Shown here one piece after another: positions 13,010 to 30,211 of a DNA stretch of 64,000 bases (the first letter of the stretch is position 1; every line of letters begins with the position of its first letter). Under the pieces are notes generated by a model, which searched no databases, was not told the DNA's origin, and saw only the letters and a list, made by a program, of their open reading frames with translations. Position numbers and translations under genes: made by a program. Source of the DNA: the human T2T-CHM13v2.0 reference genome, Homo sapiens; NCBI RefSeq assembly GCF_009914755.1, contig NC_060925.1; one strand, written 5' to 3'.

Positions 13010-16000
13010 CTGGAAAAGGTAAGAAAGGACACAAAGTAAAATAGGCATAGCTTTCTATATTTAACACTTTTCAAAATACTAATTTTTCTAACATTCTGCT
13101 TAAAAATAAACACATTGAATTAGAAAACTAATTATTTTTGTGAGATATTTGTCTCTTTTGTTTTTAGTTTAGGTTTTACATTGATATACCTGTAGCCAAT
13201 TCAGAAATCCATCCAAATCTTCATTATATTTAAATACTGCATTTGTATGCCAGAATCATAAGAAACATAAGCAAGTTTATGTTATATTACAAGCAAAAGA
13301 GTCAAAATAAAACTATAGTAATATTCTTTGCTATCTATTGATTCTAAGTAATTTCCTATGAGTTTATTTCTGGGCCTTATATGGTCCCCTTACTTCAATG
13401 TTTCTAAGCTACCTTATAATGACTAGAAACTGTTTATGTGAAGGATCCTGCATTATCACATTACAGGCCTGATAATATAAATATAGGAATTTAGGAATAA
13501 ATAAACCAGATCACTCTCAGAGTCATTATTTTCATTAAGAATAAAATTACTTCCTTTTCCCAAATTTAGGAACTATAAATACATGGCTTAAAAGTAGAAT
13601 TCTAGAAAGACTTGAGAAATGACAAAACTTTTGTCTTTTGAAAAGCCATGGTTACAATGGCTAATCCAACTGTATGTTGGCTCAACAAAAAGAGCTACAA
13701 ACTCTCAAGCTAATTCCAGTTGCTGGTATCTAAAATGGTCCCAGGCTAATGGTAGTCAAGTTCTAGATGTTTTAGCAATAAGACCATTCCTTTGTACAAA
13801 CACTCCAAACATTGCTGAGATTGGGGGTGGCATGGAGAGGTTGTTCTCTACTACATCTTACTTTTTCTCGCATATAAGTAGAGTAATATAGGGACTGGGT
13901 ACCTCGCTCTCCTATAGCAGTATCGAGTTTGCTTGCAGCTATCACTGGCCTAAGCATACCTATCCATGGGTGAGGAAGCTTAAGGAGAACATGCACATCC
14001 CTTTTCCTGACCCTTTTCCTGTAAGTTTTATTGTCTTCTTCCTCTACTAAATGTTACCTGAGGTTTTGTTCATACTCTTCAACCTGACAGGAAATGATTG
14101 TATACATTTTATCTTACCAAGAAGAGATGCACAAGTTGTCAAAATATTTATCCAACAACAGTCAAACTTATTTGTACAAAAGTATTTTGAAAACAATAAA
14201 CTCTACATAAAGTATTAACTTGCTTTAAATTAGGGCAAAGTAAAGCAGTAATAGTACTCAGAAATTCAGATATTATTTTTCTTTTGAGCACCCACCCCCA
14301 ACAGATATTTCTATGTAAAATCCTCAAACTAAGAAATTGAAGAATCAGTGTGTACAGATTGTTTTATACTTTAATAATCACTTTTTCTACATTACTATTA
14401 CTACTCCATTACTGAAATGTTAATCAATGTTGATATATAACATGGAAGATATGATCATCTCCTCTCCTAACAGTTTTGCTTATTACAATAGCAATTTTTT
14501 CACCATTGTCATACAATTCTTAAAAATAAATAGCTTTTACTAAGGAACACATTACATACAATTTTCTCACTTAATTCTCACAAAAATACATTAAGTTGGC
14601 ATTGTTTCTTCACTTAAAGAAAGGAACACTAATGTTACAAAACTTTTTGCAAAGTCCCACAGCAAATAAAAATAATTGATCTTAGGATCTACATTATTAC
14701 ACCAAAATCAAATGTTCTTTCTACTCTACCACAGATATCTGCAGCAGGTTGAGTGCATTAACAGCCCAATTCTTCATCTCTCCCAGTAACTATAACCTGT
14801 GCCATACTTTGTTTTTCCTCATACAAAAGAGTTTCTCTGCTTGAGATATGGGCGCAGTCATGGAAAGAATGCAGTAGAGCAGTGTAACTCAATCTTCAGT
14901 TTTCTGGTCAGATGATGAAACAAGGCAGCCCTGAGGAACTAGAGGGTACCAGGGAGATGGTAGAGACTGGGGAGCTCAGGGAAGCAATCTGATAATGTTG
15001 TTTATGAATTTCTAGGTTCACCACCAAGTTGTGCACAATGTGAATCTAGACCACAGTAGGCTATAGACTTTAAGAATTGAATAAGATACAGATCACAATC
15101 TAGATCCCAGACTGGCTACTGGGTGTTACATAATGAAACTGATATGATACAAATATCACTCACTGTAAAGGCTTTCAAAAAGGAACTGTCACTGAAGCTA
15201 CGCTCATGGAAGGCTGATGAGAACAGGTGGCCTGAACCCAATCAAGTGAATTAGCTGCTAAAACTAAAATATCAACATTCTCCATAGGATTTAAACAAAA
15301 CATAGAGTCTGATAACATAACATTAAATTTCCAGAATGCAATTAAAAATTATTTGACATACAACATAACAGAAAAATTTCAACTCTCACAAGAAAAGATA
15401 ATCAATAGACACCAATGATGAGATGACAAAGATACTGGAATTGGAATTAACTGACAACGACTTTAGAGCAGATAAAGTAAAAATGCTACAACAAGTTGAA
15501 ACTAATGGAAAGATAAAAAGTCTCAGTAAAGACATCAAAGATATGAGTAAGAACCAAGTGAGAATAGTAGAACCGAAAAACACACTAACCAAAATAAAAA
15601 TTCACTGGTATGGCACAATAGCAGAATGGAGATGACAGCCAAGATGGCAAATATCTCAGCTTTGTGGGCCAATTCTGTTGCAACAAGTCAATTATGCTAT
15701 TGTAGTACAAAAGCAGCTCCCAAATAATACATAAACAAATAGTTGTGACCATATTCTAAAAAACTCTATTTATAAAAACACATGGTAGGCCAAATTTGGC
15801 CTGCAGATATACCAACCTCTGACCATGATAGACCATATTGTGGATCATAAACTAAAGGTTATCAAATAGGAAAGAATTGAAATCACAGTATGTGCTCTGG
15901 TCATAATGGAATTGAAGAAAAAGTCACTAACAGAAAAATAATAGGAAAATCTCCAAACATTTAGAAAGTAAATAACATATTCTGAAACTTTAAATCATAG

Positions 16001-16512
16001 AAAAAGCCTCAAGAGAAATTAAAAACTATTTGAACTGAATGAAAAAAAAATACCATATCAAAATTTGTAGTATGTGGCTAAACCTGTATTTAGAAGAAAA
16101 TTTATACCATTAATGTGTTACATTAAAAGTGGAAGGACTCAAATCAGTTACTCAAGATTATACTTAAAGAAACTATAGACAGAAAAGCAAAATTAATCAA
16201 AACAAGAAATAATAAAGACTGAGCAGAGACCAATGAAGCCAAAGGGTTGTCCACTGAAAAGATCAAGAGAGTTAAAACTCTAGCAAGACTGACAAAGAAG
16301 AAAAGAGAAGATACAAATTATCAATATCAGGAATGAAAAAGGGAATATCACTACAGACTACCCAGGCATCAAAAGGATATTAAAGATATACTTTGTATAT
16401 ACATATGGTAAATTCAACAACTTGGATGAAATGGACCAATTCTTCGAAAATTAGAAACTGCCAAAACTCATCAAAGATAAATAGTCCTATACAAATTTAA
16501 AAAACAGAATCT

Positions 16513-16817
16513 GGCAAGGTGTAGTAGCTCACACCTGTATTCCTAGCACTTTAGGAGGCCAAGGCAGGAGGATGACTAGAGCCCAGGAGTTCGAGACCAG
16601 CCTGGGGAATTTAGTGAGACCCTATCTCCACAAAAAATACAAAAATTAGTTGAGTGTGGTGGTACATGCCTGTAGTCTCAGCTACTTGGGAGGCTGAGGT
16701 GGGATGATGGCTTGAGCCTAGGAGATTGAGGCTGCAGTGAGCTGTGTTTGCACCACTGTACTCTAGCCTGGGCGACAGAGCAAGACCCTGTCTCCAAAAA
16801 AAAAAAAAAAAAAAAAA
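16513..16817 (+). mobile_element. AluJ-like
   Basis: Dimer plus poly(A). Confidence 0.9.
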
Positions 16818-19800
16818 GTCCAGAGAAGAATGTTTGAGATGATGAATATGCTAATTGTCCTAATGTGATCGCTATACAGTATATGTATCAAAACATCACT
16901 ATGTGCTTTATGAATATGCACAATTATGTCAAGTAAAAAAAGAGGAAAAAAATAAAATAAAATAGAAATTTCCACTCTAAGATAGTATCACTGGTGAGTT
17001 GTATAAAATAATTAAAGACAAAATAATAACATGTCAACAATCTCTTCCAGAAAACATAAAAGAACGCTGAAACTTCCCAACTCATTACACAGATGCAAAA
17101 CTCTTCAATAAAATACTAGCAAGTGGAATTAATGAAATATCAATGCATATAAAAAATACATAACTAATATTTGAATTTTATCCTTGGAATGTAAGTTTAC
17201 AGTAAGATTAGAAACCCAATAAATGTTAATATATCCATTGAAGCAGAAAAAGTATTTAATGAAACCCAAATCTATGTGATAAAACTCTCAGTAAGCTAAG
17301 AAACAGAGACTCCTTCAACCTGATAAAGGGCATCTACAAGAAAACTACAGTTTATATAATACTTAATGCGTGAACAAGGCAAAGATATTGAATCTTACCA
17401 CTCCTATTTAGCATCATACTGGAATTCTTAGCCAATAAAATAAGTGGGGGAAATAAAAAATAGAAAGAATATTTAGATTGGAAAGAAAGGCAGACAACAC
17501 GACTATGTAGAAAATCTCAAAGAATCTAAAACAAAAACAAACATAAAAACTTCATAGAAATAAGTGAGTTTTTTTAACAGGATTAATAGTTAACCCTTTT
17601 ATATGTTAAAGGGTTAACATATAAGGATGAATGTTTATAAAAAAGAAACAAATGGGAACTGAAATTAAAAAGCAATACTATTTATAATAGCTCCAAAATA
17701 AAATAAGATACTGAGGTATGAATCTAACAAAAAGCTGATGATGAACAACTCAAAGATCTAAATAAATGGAGATATGTATCACCTTTATGAATCAGAATAA
17801 TCAACATAGTAAAGTTGTCAGTGTACCTCAAAATATCTGTAAATGTGATGCAATTTCAATCAAAATTTGACAGTATTTTTTGAGGACATAGAAAAACTAA
17901 CCTAAAACTTAAATGGAAAGACAAAGCAACTAGAAAATTCCAACTCATTTTGAAAAAAGAATAAAATTGGACGAATCACAATATCCATTAAGGCTTACTA
18001 TAAAGCTGCAGTAATCAAGAAACTGTGGTATTGATGAAGGTATAGACACATGTATTAATGAAACAGAATACAGTCCAGAAGATCAACACACATATGACCA
18101 ACTGATTTATGACAAAGGTGCAAAGACATTTCAATGTGGAAAGAATAGTTTTTTACAGCAAATAGTGTTGGAATAATTGGACATGTATATATAAAAAAAG
18201 TGAACATTGACCTAACCCTTACCTTAGAGGAGAACTAACACAAAATACATCATAGGTCAAAATTTAGAATGAAAAATTATAAAACTTTTAGAGTACTTTG
18301 ATATGACGCTAAAAGCATAATCCATAAAAGAAGAAAAGTGATAACTGGATTCCAATAAAATGAACTACTTCTGCTGAACAAAAAGCCCTGTTACAAGAAT
18401 AAAAAGACAAGCTGCAGATTGGGAGAAATTGTGTGAAATCACTAACAAAGAAGGAGGATTACCTACTAGATATCCAGATTTCACCTACTGCTACAGTGCG
18501 AGGCTCAAAGATAGACAAATGGACCAATTGAATAGAAAGAAATACTAGAAACAGAATCACACATATAAGAATAGCTGATGTCTACTACACAAATAGAAAA
18601 GGGTAGAGAACCCAAAAATAAAACCACATACCTAAAACCACCTGATCTTTGACATAGTTGACAATAACAAACAATGGGGAAAGGATATGCTATTCAATAA
18701 ACGGTCAGTGCAGAAGATTAAAATTGGACGCTTTCCTTTCACCACATACAAAAAATTAATGCAAGATGGATTAAAGACTTAAATGTAAGACCCAAACCAA
18801 TAAAAACCCTAGAAGAAAACCTAGGAAATACTACTCCGGATATCAGCCTTGGGAAAGAATTTATAACAAAGTCCCCAAAAGCAATTGCAACAAAAAACAT
18901 AATTGACAAATGGGACCTAATTAAACTAAAGAGATTCTGCACAGCAAAATAAACTATCAACAGAATAAACAGACAACCTACAGAATGGGAGAAAATATTT
19001 GCAAACAATGTATCTAACAAAGGTCTAATATTCAGTATCTATAAGGAACTTAATTCAAAAAACAAAAAACAAATAACCCCACTAAAAAATGGGCAAAGGA
19101 CATACACACCTCTCAAAGGAAGACACACATGCGGCCAAGAAATCTATGAAAAAATGCCCATCACCACTAAACATCAGAAAAATACAAATCAGAACCACAG
19201 TGAGATACCATCTCACCCGTCAAGATGGCTGTTTTTAAAAAGTCAAAAAACAGATGCTGGCAAGATTACAGAGAAAAGAGAACACTTATATACTCCTGGT
19301 GGAAATGTAAATTAGTTCGGCTACTTTGAAAATCAATTTGGAGATTTTTCAAAGAACTTAAAACAGAACTTCCATTTGATCCAGAAAACCCACTACGGGG
19401 TATATACCCAAAGAAAATAAATCATTCTACCAAAAAGACACATGGATTCATATGTTCATCGCAGAACTAATTCACAATAGCAAAGACATGGAATCAACCA
19501 AGACGTCCATCAACAGTGGACTGGATAAAGAAAATGTGGTACACACACACTGGAGACATACATGCAGCCAACAATCATATGGAAAAAGGTCAACATCACT
19601 GATCATTATAGAAATGCAAATCAAAGCCACAATAAGATACTATCTCACATCAATCATAATGGCTATTACTAAAAAGTCAAAAAGTCAGATGCTGGTGAGG
19701 TTGTAGAGAAAAAGGAATGCTTATACACTGTTGGTGGGAGTATAAATTAGCTCAACCATTGTGGAAGACAGTGTGGTGATTTCTCAAAGGCCTAAAAGCA

Positions 19801-20304
19801 GAAATACCATTCAACCCAGCAATCCCATTAATGGGTATTTACCCAAAGGAATATAAATTGTTCAATCATAAAGAAGCATGCGTGATGTTCACTGCAGCAA
19901 TATTCACAATAGCAAAGACATGGAATCAACCTAAATGTCCATCAATGACAGACTGGATGAAGAAAATGCGGTACATATATACCATGGAATACAATGCAGC
20001 CACAAGAAAGAATGAAATCACGTCCTTTGCAGGGACATGGATGGAGCTGGAGGCCATTATCCTTAGCAAACTAACACGGGAACAGAAAACCAAACACTGC
20101 ATGTTCTTACTTATAAGTGGGAGCTAAATGATGAGAAAACATGGACACACAGAGGGAAACAACACACAGTGGGGCCTATTGGAGAGTGAAGGGTGGGAGG
20201 AGGGAAAGGATCAGGAAAAATAACTAATGGGTACTAGGCTTAATACTTGGGTGACAAAATAATCTGTACAACAAACCCCCATGACACAAGTCTACCTATA
20301 TAAC

Positions 20305-20766
20305 TGTGACAGAAAAATATATTGGGCCCCCCAAATCACTAAGCTTAAAGAAAAACTCAAGCTGGAAACTGTTTAGGGCAAACCTGTCTCCCATTCTATT
20401 CAGCTACCCCTGTGCTCACTGAGGTAAATGCATATCTGATGCCTCCTTTGGAAAGGCTAATCAGAAATTTGAAAGAATGCAACTGTTTGTCTCTCACCTA
20501 TCTGACCTGGAAGCCCCCTCCCTGCTTTGGGTCTTCCTGCCTTTGTCTCAAGTTATCCTGACTTTCCAGACTAAACCAATGTACTTCTTACATATATTGA
20601 TTGATGTCTCATGTCTCCCTAAAATGTATAAAACCAAGCTGTGCCCCGACTGCCTTGGGCACATGTCAAGACTTCCTGATGCAGTGTAATGGGTGCACAT
20701 CCTCAACTCTGGCAAAATAAACTTTCTAAATTAACTGAGACCTGACTCAAATTTTGGGGGTTCATA
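20305..20766 (+). mobile_element. MER4A-like solo LTR inserted in an L1 3' UTR
   Basis: TG start; 4-bp TSD TAAC at 20301-04 and 20767-70; L1 sequence resumes after it. Confidence 0.8.
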
Positions 20767-21867
20767 TAACAAACCTGCAAATGTACCCCTAAACCTAAAA
20801 TAAAAGGTAATTTTCAAAAAAAGGAAATGTAGCACATAAGCACCATGGAATACCATGCAGCCATAAAAAAAATTATGTCCTTTGCAGTAATGTGCATTTA
20901 GCTGGAGGCCATTATCCTAAGTGATGTAACACAGGAACAGAAAACCAAATATTACATATTCTCACTTATAAGTGGGAGCTAAACACTGAATACATATGGA
21001 CACAAAGATGGGAACAATAGACACCGGGACTGCTTGATGAGCGCAAGTCAGAGGGAAGTGTGGGTTGGAAGATTATCAGGTACTATGCTCAATACCTGGG
21101 TGACAGGATCATTTGTACACTAAGGCTTAATGACATGCAATTTACCCATGTAACATATCTGCTCACATATACCCAGAATCTAAAATAGAAGTAGAAGAAA
21201 CAAAAAAAGAATATATAATGTATACTGAAGGTAGCATGGCAAAAGGGCAAGGATGGTCATTTCAGTAAAACATGCTGAAACAACTGGATAGCCATATATT
21301 TTTTAAATGTCCTCTAAAACAAATCATCTAAAAATTAGTTTTAGGTGAGATCAAAATGAGGAAGACAAAACATTAATGCTTGTAGAGTATAACATAGGCA
21401 TACATCTACAAGGCCTTAAGATAAAGAAGATAAAGAAACACTCCTTATATAATACACAAAAAATACTAACAATAAAAGAAAAACAAGAAATTTCATTAGT
21501 AAGATATAAAACAGTAAGTTATAGCCTGGGAGAAGACACAACACACATACCAAATAGAGGCCTAATAACAATCATAGTATAACGCTCTTTTATAAATCCA
21601 CAAGAAGGCAACAGTTTTAAAAGATGCTCAAAATAATACTTCACAAAAGATTTCCAAAATGGAAAAGTTGTTCAACATCATTAATGAAGAAAAATCAAAT
21701 TAAAACTACTCTGAATACTACTACACAATCACCAGAATGGCTAAAATTAAAAAGACAATTTCCAAATGTTAATGTAGACATGGAGTCATGTGAATGGTCA
21801 TAAACACCTGGTGGGTTTTAAATCTTTACAAGTACTTTAAAAAACTCTTGGATAGTTGAAATATATA

Positions 21868-24399
<2,532 letters not shown>

Positions 24400-25612
24400 T
24401 ATGCCTTAAGAACAATTGTACTCCTAGTACAATTGAAGAGACTGAATACATTTCACACCAAAAGACATGTTCATAATACCTTTAATCATAATAGCTCAAA
24501 ACTGGAAAGCCAAATGTTCATCAAAAATAGAACAGATTAAGTATAGTGCAGAATACGAAATAAAAAAATTAAACCACGGCTATACTCAACGCTGATAAAT
24601 CTCAAAAAATGTAATAATATCAAATCAAAGAATTCATATGGTTTGAACTCACCTGTAACAATTCAAAAAGTAAGCGAAACTAAATTATTGTGTTTAAAGA
24701 AAACACTTAGGAAAATGGCATGATTAGCATAATGGTTAGCTTGAGCTGGGATGGGAGAGTTAATTGAAAAATGCCTTTTGCTACACTGGCAATATTCTAT
24801 TTCTTGGCCTAGGTGGTTTTACATTGGCATTTATTTTGTGAAAAATCATTAGGCTCTATATTTTTATTTTGGGTAATTTTCTATGTGTAATATTTTACAT
24901 GTTAAAAAAAGGTTAAAAAAGACAATTATTTAAGTCAGAGAACCCTCATTTATCAATAATGGTAGCCAGACACAAAAACTTTCAAATTCATAAATCAGAT
25001 ATATTGATGGGGTGAAGCTTCAATGGCATTTATAAATAGTAAATTTAAATAATGCACATCTCTCATGTCATTAAAATATAATTTAATATAAAAAAACTAA
25101 TTTACATAGATGTAAAGACTATATTAAGTCAGTATTATATATTTTTTCCTAAAAAGAAAAATAATATAGGTATTCTATAGACTAATTATAAGTACTATTT
25201 CCTTTACATGCCAACTAAGTGGAGTAGAGAGAAAAATGTGTACAGTTGTCCCAAAGAGAAGTTTCCAGGACTCAAAGCAAAGATAAAAAAGAACCTGGTT
25301 GGTTATGTGGATCTACAAAGTAGAATGGTTCAGTAGGCCAGCATGTCCCACAGCGTAGAAGACGCAACAAAGAAGAGAGCAACAGGTACAGAATTAGAAT
25401 GTTTGCTTTTTCAGAGCAAATGCATTTCAATTATGTTTCAGCCTTCTGCTGAACACCATAACGAGCTTTTCAGGTAGTAAATATTTGTTAAATTAAGTAT
25501 TAGATAAAGAATCCTAAAATATAATCATTGAAAACTTCATCACATTTTGCCTTCTTACTTAAAAAAGTCATTAAAATTTTTTAAATTCAAAAATTAGTCC
25601 AGGATACTATAC

Positions 25613-25807
25613 CTGAATAAGTGATGCTGCTTTATTTTGAACTTTTTCCAGCTTTTCCTTTTTTAACATTAATAATTTTCTCTGTGCTAAGACTCTTCGC
25701 CAATATTTCTGAATGACGAGTGCTGCATTAACTCTTTTTCTCAATCTTTGTTTTGCTAGAAAATTGATTACAGCCAATTGAATAATTCTTGCAGCTTTCT
25801 CTCTCTC
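25613..25807 (-). CDS. ASPM: ASPM exon 17 (195 nt)
   Basis: TAG|GAGAGA...CAG|GTATAG; [17 protein letters not shown]...AASLIQ. Confidence 0.95.
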
Positions 25808-28072
25808 CTAAAATAAAAAAGTCAGCAAATGTAAATTAAACACTCACTTAAGACCTTAAATTATTCTTTGTAAGATAACCATATGTTAAACACCAATCAA
25901 ATTGATACTGGAAATAAAACACCCCTACACTTCTTGTGTTCATCTTTGGAATACTGATAATTCCAGGCATGTCGAAAGCGCTGATAGGTGGGCTTGCAGA
26001 TATTTTGTATGATGAAACAAAGATTCCTAAGAAATAGTCTAAGATAAAGATTAGACATGTTTGATCTATCACAGATCCTCAGTAATCAAGATAAAGGCCA
26101 TTTGAAGTGTAATGTGGTATGTTTCTCAGATTCAGGTCCACTGAATTCATGATTAACTTTTAGGAAAGGGGAGGATTGTATGAAAAAAAGAATGTGTTAG
26201 AGAATTGTAACAATTTGAACAAAGCAAAACACTAAAGGGGAGAAACAAAATACCTCCTCCTTTAGCACAGAATACATTGTGGCCTTAGGTCATACAAGCT
26301 GAAGAGGAAAAAGTATAGTTTGGGCTATGAGAAGTGGTATCTGAGATGCCCAACATTTGTGGTCAAAGAGGACCCAGCTCCCTAGTTATGTTAGAAGGCA
26401 ATACCCCCCATATCTCTACTTGTTACTTCTGATAATAAATTGCTGTAAATAATAACATATTCTATGTCCAGCACCATTCTGAACACTTCATGAACAATCC
26501 ATTTAAATCTCACAACCACCACCATAAGAACAAATGAGCAAATACTACTCTTACGATCACTAGAAAACTGAGGCAATGAGGTCAATTAGCTTGTTAGTTT
26601 ATTGGTAATATAGCCAGGATACGAATCAGGCAGTTTGGCTTTAAAGTAACTTTGCTATACTGTCCAATACTAGATTTCTCAATTTACTTCACTGGAATTG
26701 GAGACTAGAAAATGAACTATTTCCTCTGGTGGGAAGGAATAACTTATGGCAGGGATGTCTGGCAGCTTTTTGTGTTGCTGTCTGGGACCGTCCACCATGC
26801 AAGGGTAGGCTCTACACAGAGATTAGCTATAATTCCAATTATTAATTAATAACAATCAGTGGTTGGTATCTGTGCATGAAAATTGTGCAATAGGGGAAAC
26901 AACTATGGAAATAATCAAACTGTTATTTTTACATATAAAAAAGGTGACCAATAGATTGAAACATAAATACTAAGGAATGGTAAGTGCTATATATTGGATC
27001 ATTCCTCTGGGGAGAAAGAGTAGACAATTCCAAAATCGGGCTAGGGGAATTATGTATATAACAAGTTGATTAAGTCATCTAACACCATTATCAATGCCCT
27101 TGTGAAACCTATGGGCTTTAGGACTGTAGAGGCTCAAGTTAAAAGCACAACCCTGTTACAGTAAATAAATAAATACACAAATAAAATTTTCAAATGTTGC
27201 AGTTCAGAAGTATATTGCATTTGAGACAAAAGTTGTAAGGGTCAGGGCATTCATGGACAAAATAGGCTAAAGTAAATTGTAACTTATCTCAGTTTTTAGA
27301 TCATCTCTATAGAACTAAAATACAACTTTACATGCCATTAGAGAATTTAAAGATGGAAAGTAAATAAATTAGAAGAGGCAAATATATTACCAAATTTAGC
27401 AAGTATTTGAAAATTACATATACTGATGATAAAAGTTTCCATGTATGGTCATTGACCCTTTTTAATCAGACTGTTGTTGAGTCAGCCAGGTACCAGCTTA
27501 TTTCTTTTATCTTGCCTCATATATATAGGGCCAAATTCTAGGACTTCTTTTGCTTTGGAGTTTATGGCTATTTGTTGACAGGAAGAACTGAGAGCTGTAA
27601 TGTACCAGGGGATGCTTCAATAGTTCATCAGGTAATTTTAGCTACTTGACAAAGTTTCTTTGTCATAATAAAAGTTTGAGCCACTCCATTAATAGATTTA
27701 TATGAATTATAACATAAAAGCAAAATATAAAACCTGAAAAATAGCTATCTCAAGTTAATATGTTTAGTAGCTTGCAATAACATAGGGAGCCTGCTGCTTA
27801 ATGTTCTAAATAGAAAACGGAAAGATATAATTGGATGTGAGGTAATTGTATAAAAGAGGGAGTATGGTCACCAAGAAAAAGGAGAGAAACAGTGGTCTGA
27901 CTGGGTCCAAGAAGTTTAACCATAAGTATAGAAACTTCTCTTAATTCTTCAAAAAAACTTCTCTTAATCCTTCAAAAAAATGGAAACTTCTATTTGCATT
28001 AAGGAAATAAATCAAGAAAAGGGATCTCACTAGCAAAAAGCTGAGAAAATTCTACAGTTAATATCAGACTAA

Positions 28073-28369
28073 GGCTGGGTGCAGTGGCTCATGCATATAA
28101 TCCCAGCACTGTGGGAGACAGAGTCAGGCAGATCACTTGAGGCAGGAGTTTAAGACCAGCCTAGGCAATGGGGTGAAATCCTGTCTCTACAAAAAATACA
28201 AAAATTAGCTGGGTGTGGTGGCATGCACCTATAATCCCAACTACTCAGGAGGCTGAGGCACAAGAATGGCTTGAACCCAAGAGACAAAATCTGAAGTGAG
28301 CCAAGATCGTGCTATTGCACTCCTGCCTGGGTGACAGAGTGAGACCTTGTCTCCAAAAGAAAAAAAAAA
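28073..28369 (+). mobile_element. Alu
   Basis: Dimer plus A-tail. Confidence 0.9.
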
Positions 28370-29738
28370 TCTGATTAATACAAGGCTATCTTGAGCAGAA
28401 AATAAAAGCAGAATACATATATATCTATCTCTTGTAATTCTAAAACTCTCATTTAATGCAATATACAATGGGTGAATCAAATAGCTTGAGGACTGGCCAG
28501 GGGAGACACTTTTCTGAACTCTTCCAATTCCCCTAGAAGTATTGGAAGCTTCTAGGGGAATTGCTTTAGGAAAGTTTTCAGGAAGTTATTCTCCAAGTGA
28601 TATGTAGGCAGGGAGGCAGATCCTGAGTTTAGGGGCACTATAGGGCACACAGCATATACAGTAGCAGAAAAGACCATTTGTGAGTGTTAAGACCCTGCCT
28701 ATTTCCCAAACTTTACTATGAAGAGTTTGAGTAGGGGAAAAGAAAATTATTTCAATTAGTCTTATTTCCAAGTCTGGTGTGAAATGAAAAAACACATATT
28801 GTGTTTGAAAGTTGTCAAAATTTATCTGTTTTACACAGCTACCAAGAACTTTATCACAGATGCATTATATTTCAAAGTTGAGAAGGAATATTGGGTGGAA
28901 TGTATTTCTGAAATATTTATGATAAATTTTACCAGGCATGGATGCTTGTTTTATTTTATTTTTTTTGGTTTTCCAAATAAATAAACACAATATTAGTTAG
29001 TAGATGGAATAGGGTGACAAAAAGAGTGAAATAGTTTGTTCAACTTGATCAAGGAGGCCGTTTCTTAGATTATTAAAAATAACAATTTTCTCAGAACTTA
29101 AGAAAAAAATTTTTTACATTAATGAAATTTTTGTACTATTGGGGTCACAAAGGGAAACAATAAATAACATCTCTATTCTCATGCCCAGATCCTAACATTT
29201 TGAAAAATTAATAGCAGAAACCAAAATACCACTTTTAAAACTAATAAAGGATAAAGTAGAAGACAGCTTCATGGCAAACAAACTAAGCTTACTAGTTAAA
29301 TCACAAAATCAGACACTTGATGCTCAGGCCCAGGCAGCACTAGTTGAGGTCAAGCCTCATACAGCACAGAATAAAAAATTAATGGAAAGCTCCTGCTCTC
29401 CAGAGGCAGGTTAGATTCCAACAGGAGGAAAGGAAGAGCTGAGTCAATGTGAGCTATGTATTCCTCACAAATTTAAAAAGCAGATTAAGTTATTCCTCTT
29501 CCCCTGGAACAGACTAGGTGAAGGGGTGGACAGACTGGAAGATACATCAAATGAAGGGAATATTAGCAATTAGGGAGAAATACTCATACCTCCCCAACCC
29601 AAAATACATATACACAATTACTAAATTTATCTTAATAATGCCATACATCCATAAAATGTAAAATCATATCAAAAATCAATCAACAAATACCTTCTAAAGT
29701 ATAATTCACACTATAGTAGTTTCATATTCTAGGAGTAC

Positions 29739-29867
29739 CTGATGGCGTTTGAGATCTGTTTTTAGTTTATATTTTCTCCATGTTGTTTGTATGAGTCGAG
29801 CAGCTCTTATTTCTTTACGAAGATCCAAAAGCCTTGCACAAAGAAATGACAAATAGGTAATAACCAC
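29739..29867 (-). CDS. ASPM: ASPM exon 16 (129 nt)
   Basis: TAG|GTGGTT...CAG|GTACTC; [33 protein letters not shown] (first IQ motif). Confidence 0.95.
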
Positions 29868-29982
29868 CTAAAAAAAACCCACAAAAGATAAAAACAGAAT
29901 ATCAACAGAGAATACAGTACTTACTATCATCTTCTGAGACTTTATTATTGAATTAATAATTAGAAACTCTTCTTTTACTTAC

Positions 29983-30125
29983 CTTTTCATCTGGAATTGT
30001 ATTTGACATATCTGAATGATTAATCATAGCAGGTATTCCACCAAGGTCTCTAACTGCAGACCTAACCAAGTGAAAATTTTTCTTTTCATTTTCTAGGAGC
30101 TCTTTGTATAGCTCTGAAGTATTTT
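29983..30125 (-). CDS. ASPM: ASPM exon 15 (143 nt)
   Basis: TAG|AAAATAC...AAG|GTAAGT; ...[21 protein letters not shown]. Confidence 0.95.
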
Positions 30126-30211
30126 CTATTATGCAGGAGGAAAGGAGAAATTAGCCGTAGCTTCAAATCAGACATGGCAAAAAATTGGAAAAGTAACCAA
30201 AAGGGACTAAC

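Larger units (their letters stand above)
14880..21860 (+). mobile_element. Nested L1 cluster (old L1M host; L1PB-like about 18595-21210; L1PA-like about 19555-20822)
   Basis: A-rich degraded ORF2 fragments (ORF 19831..20127 is L1 ORF2 C-terminus-like), several L1 3' UTRs and A-tails. Confidence 0.85.

Noticed and set aside
13010-13048. [13 protein letters not shown] as a separate start for the 1,604-aa ORF
   Set aside because: It is the intron 17 polypyrimidine tract and acceptor read in frame by chance.
13619-13996. Two overlapping ORFs in unique intron 17 sequence
   Set aside because: No homology I recognise and no convincing splice or promoter signals.
27932-27980. 23-bp tandem duplication (similar cases at 62171-62215 and 6415-6514)
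   Set aside because: Ordinary two-copy slippage duplications; not CRISPR-like, as there are no spacers.
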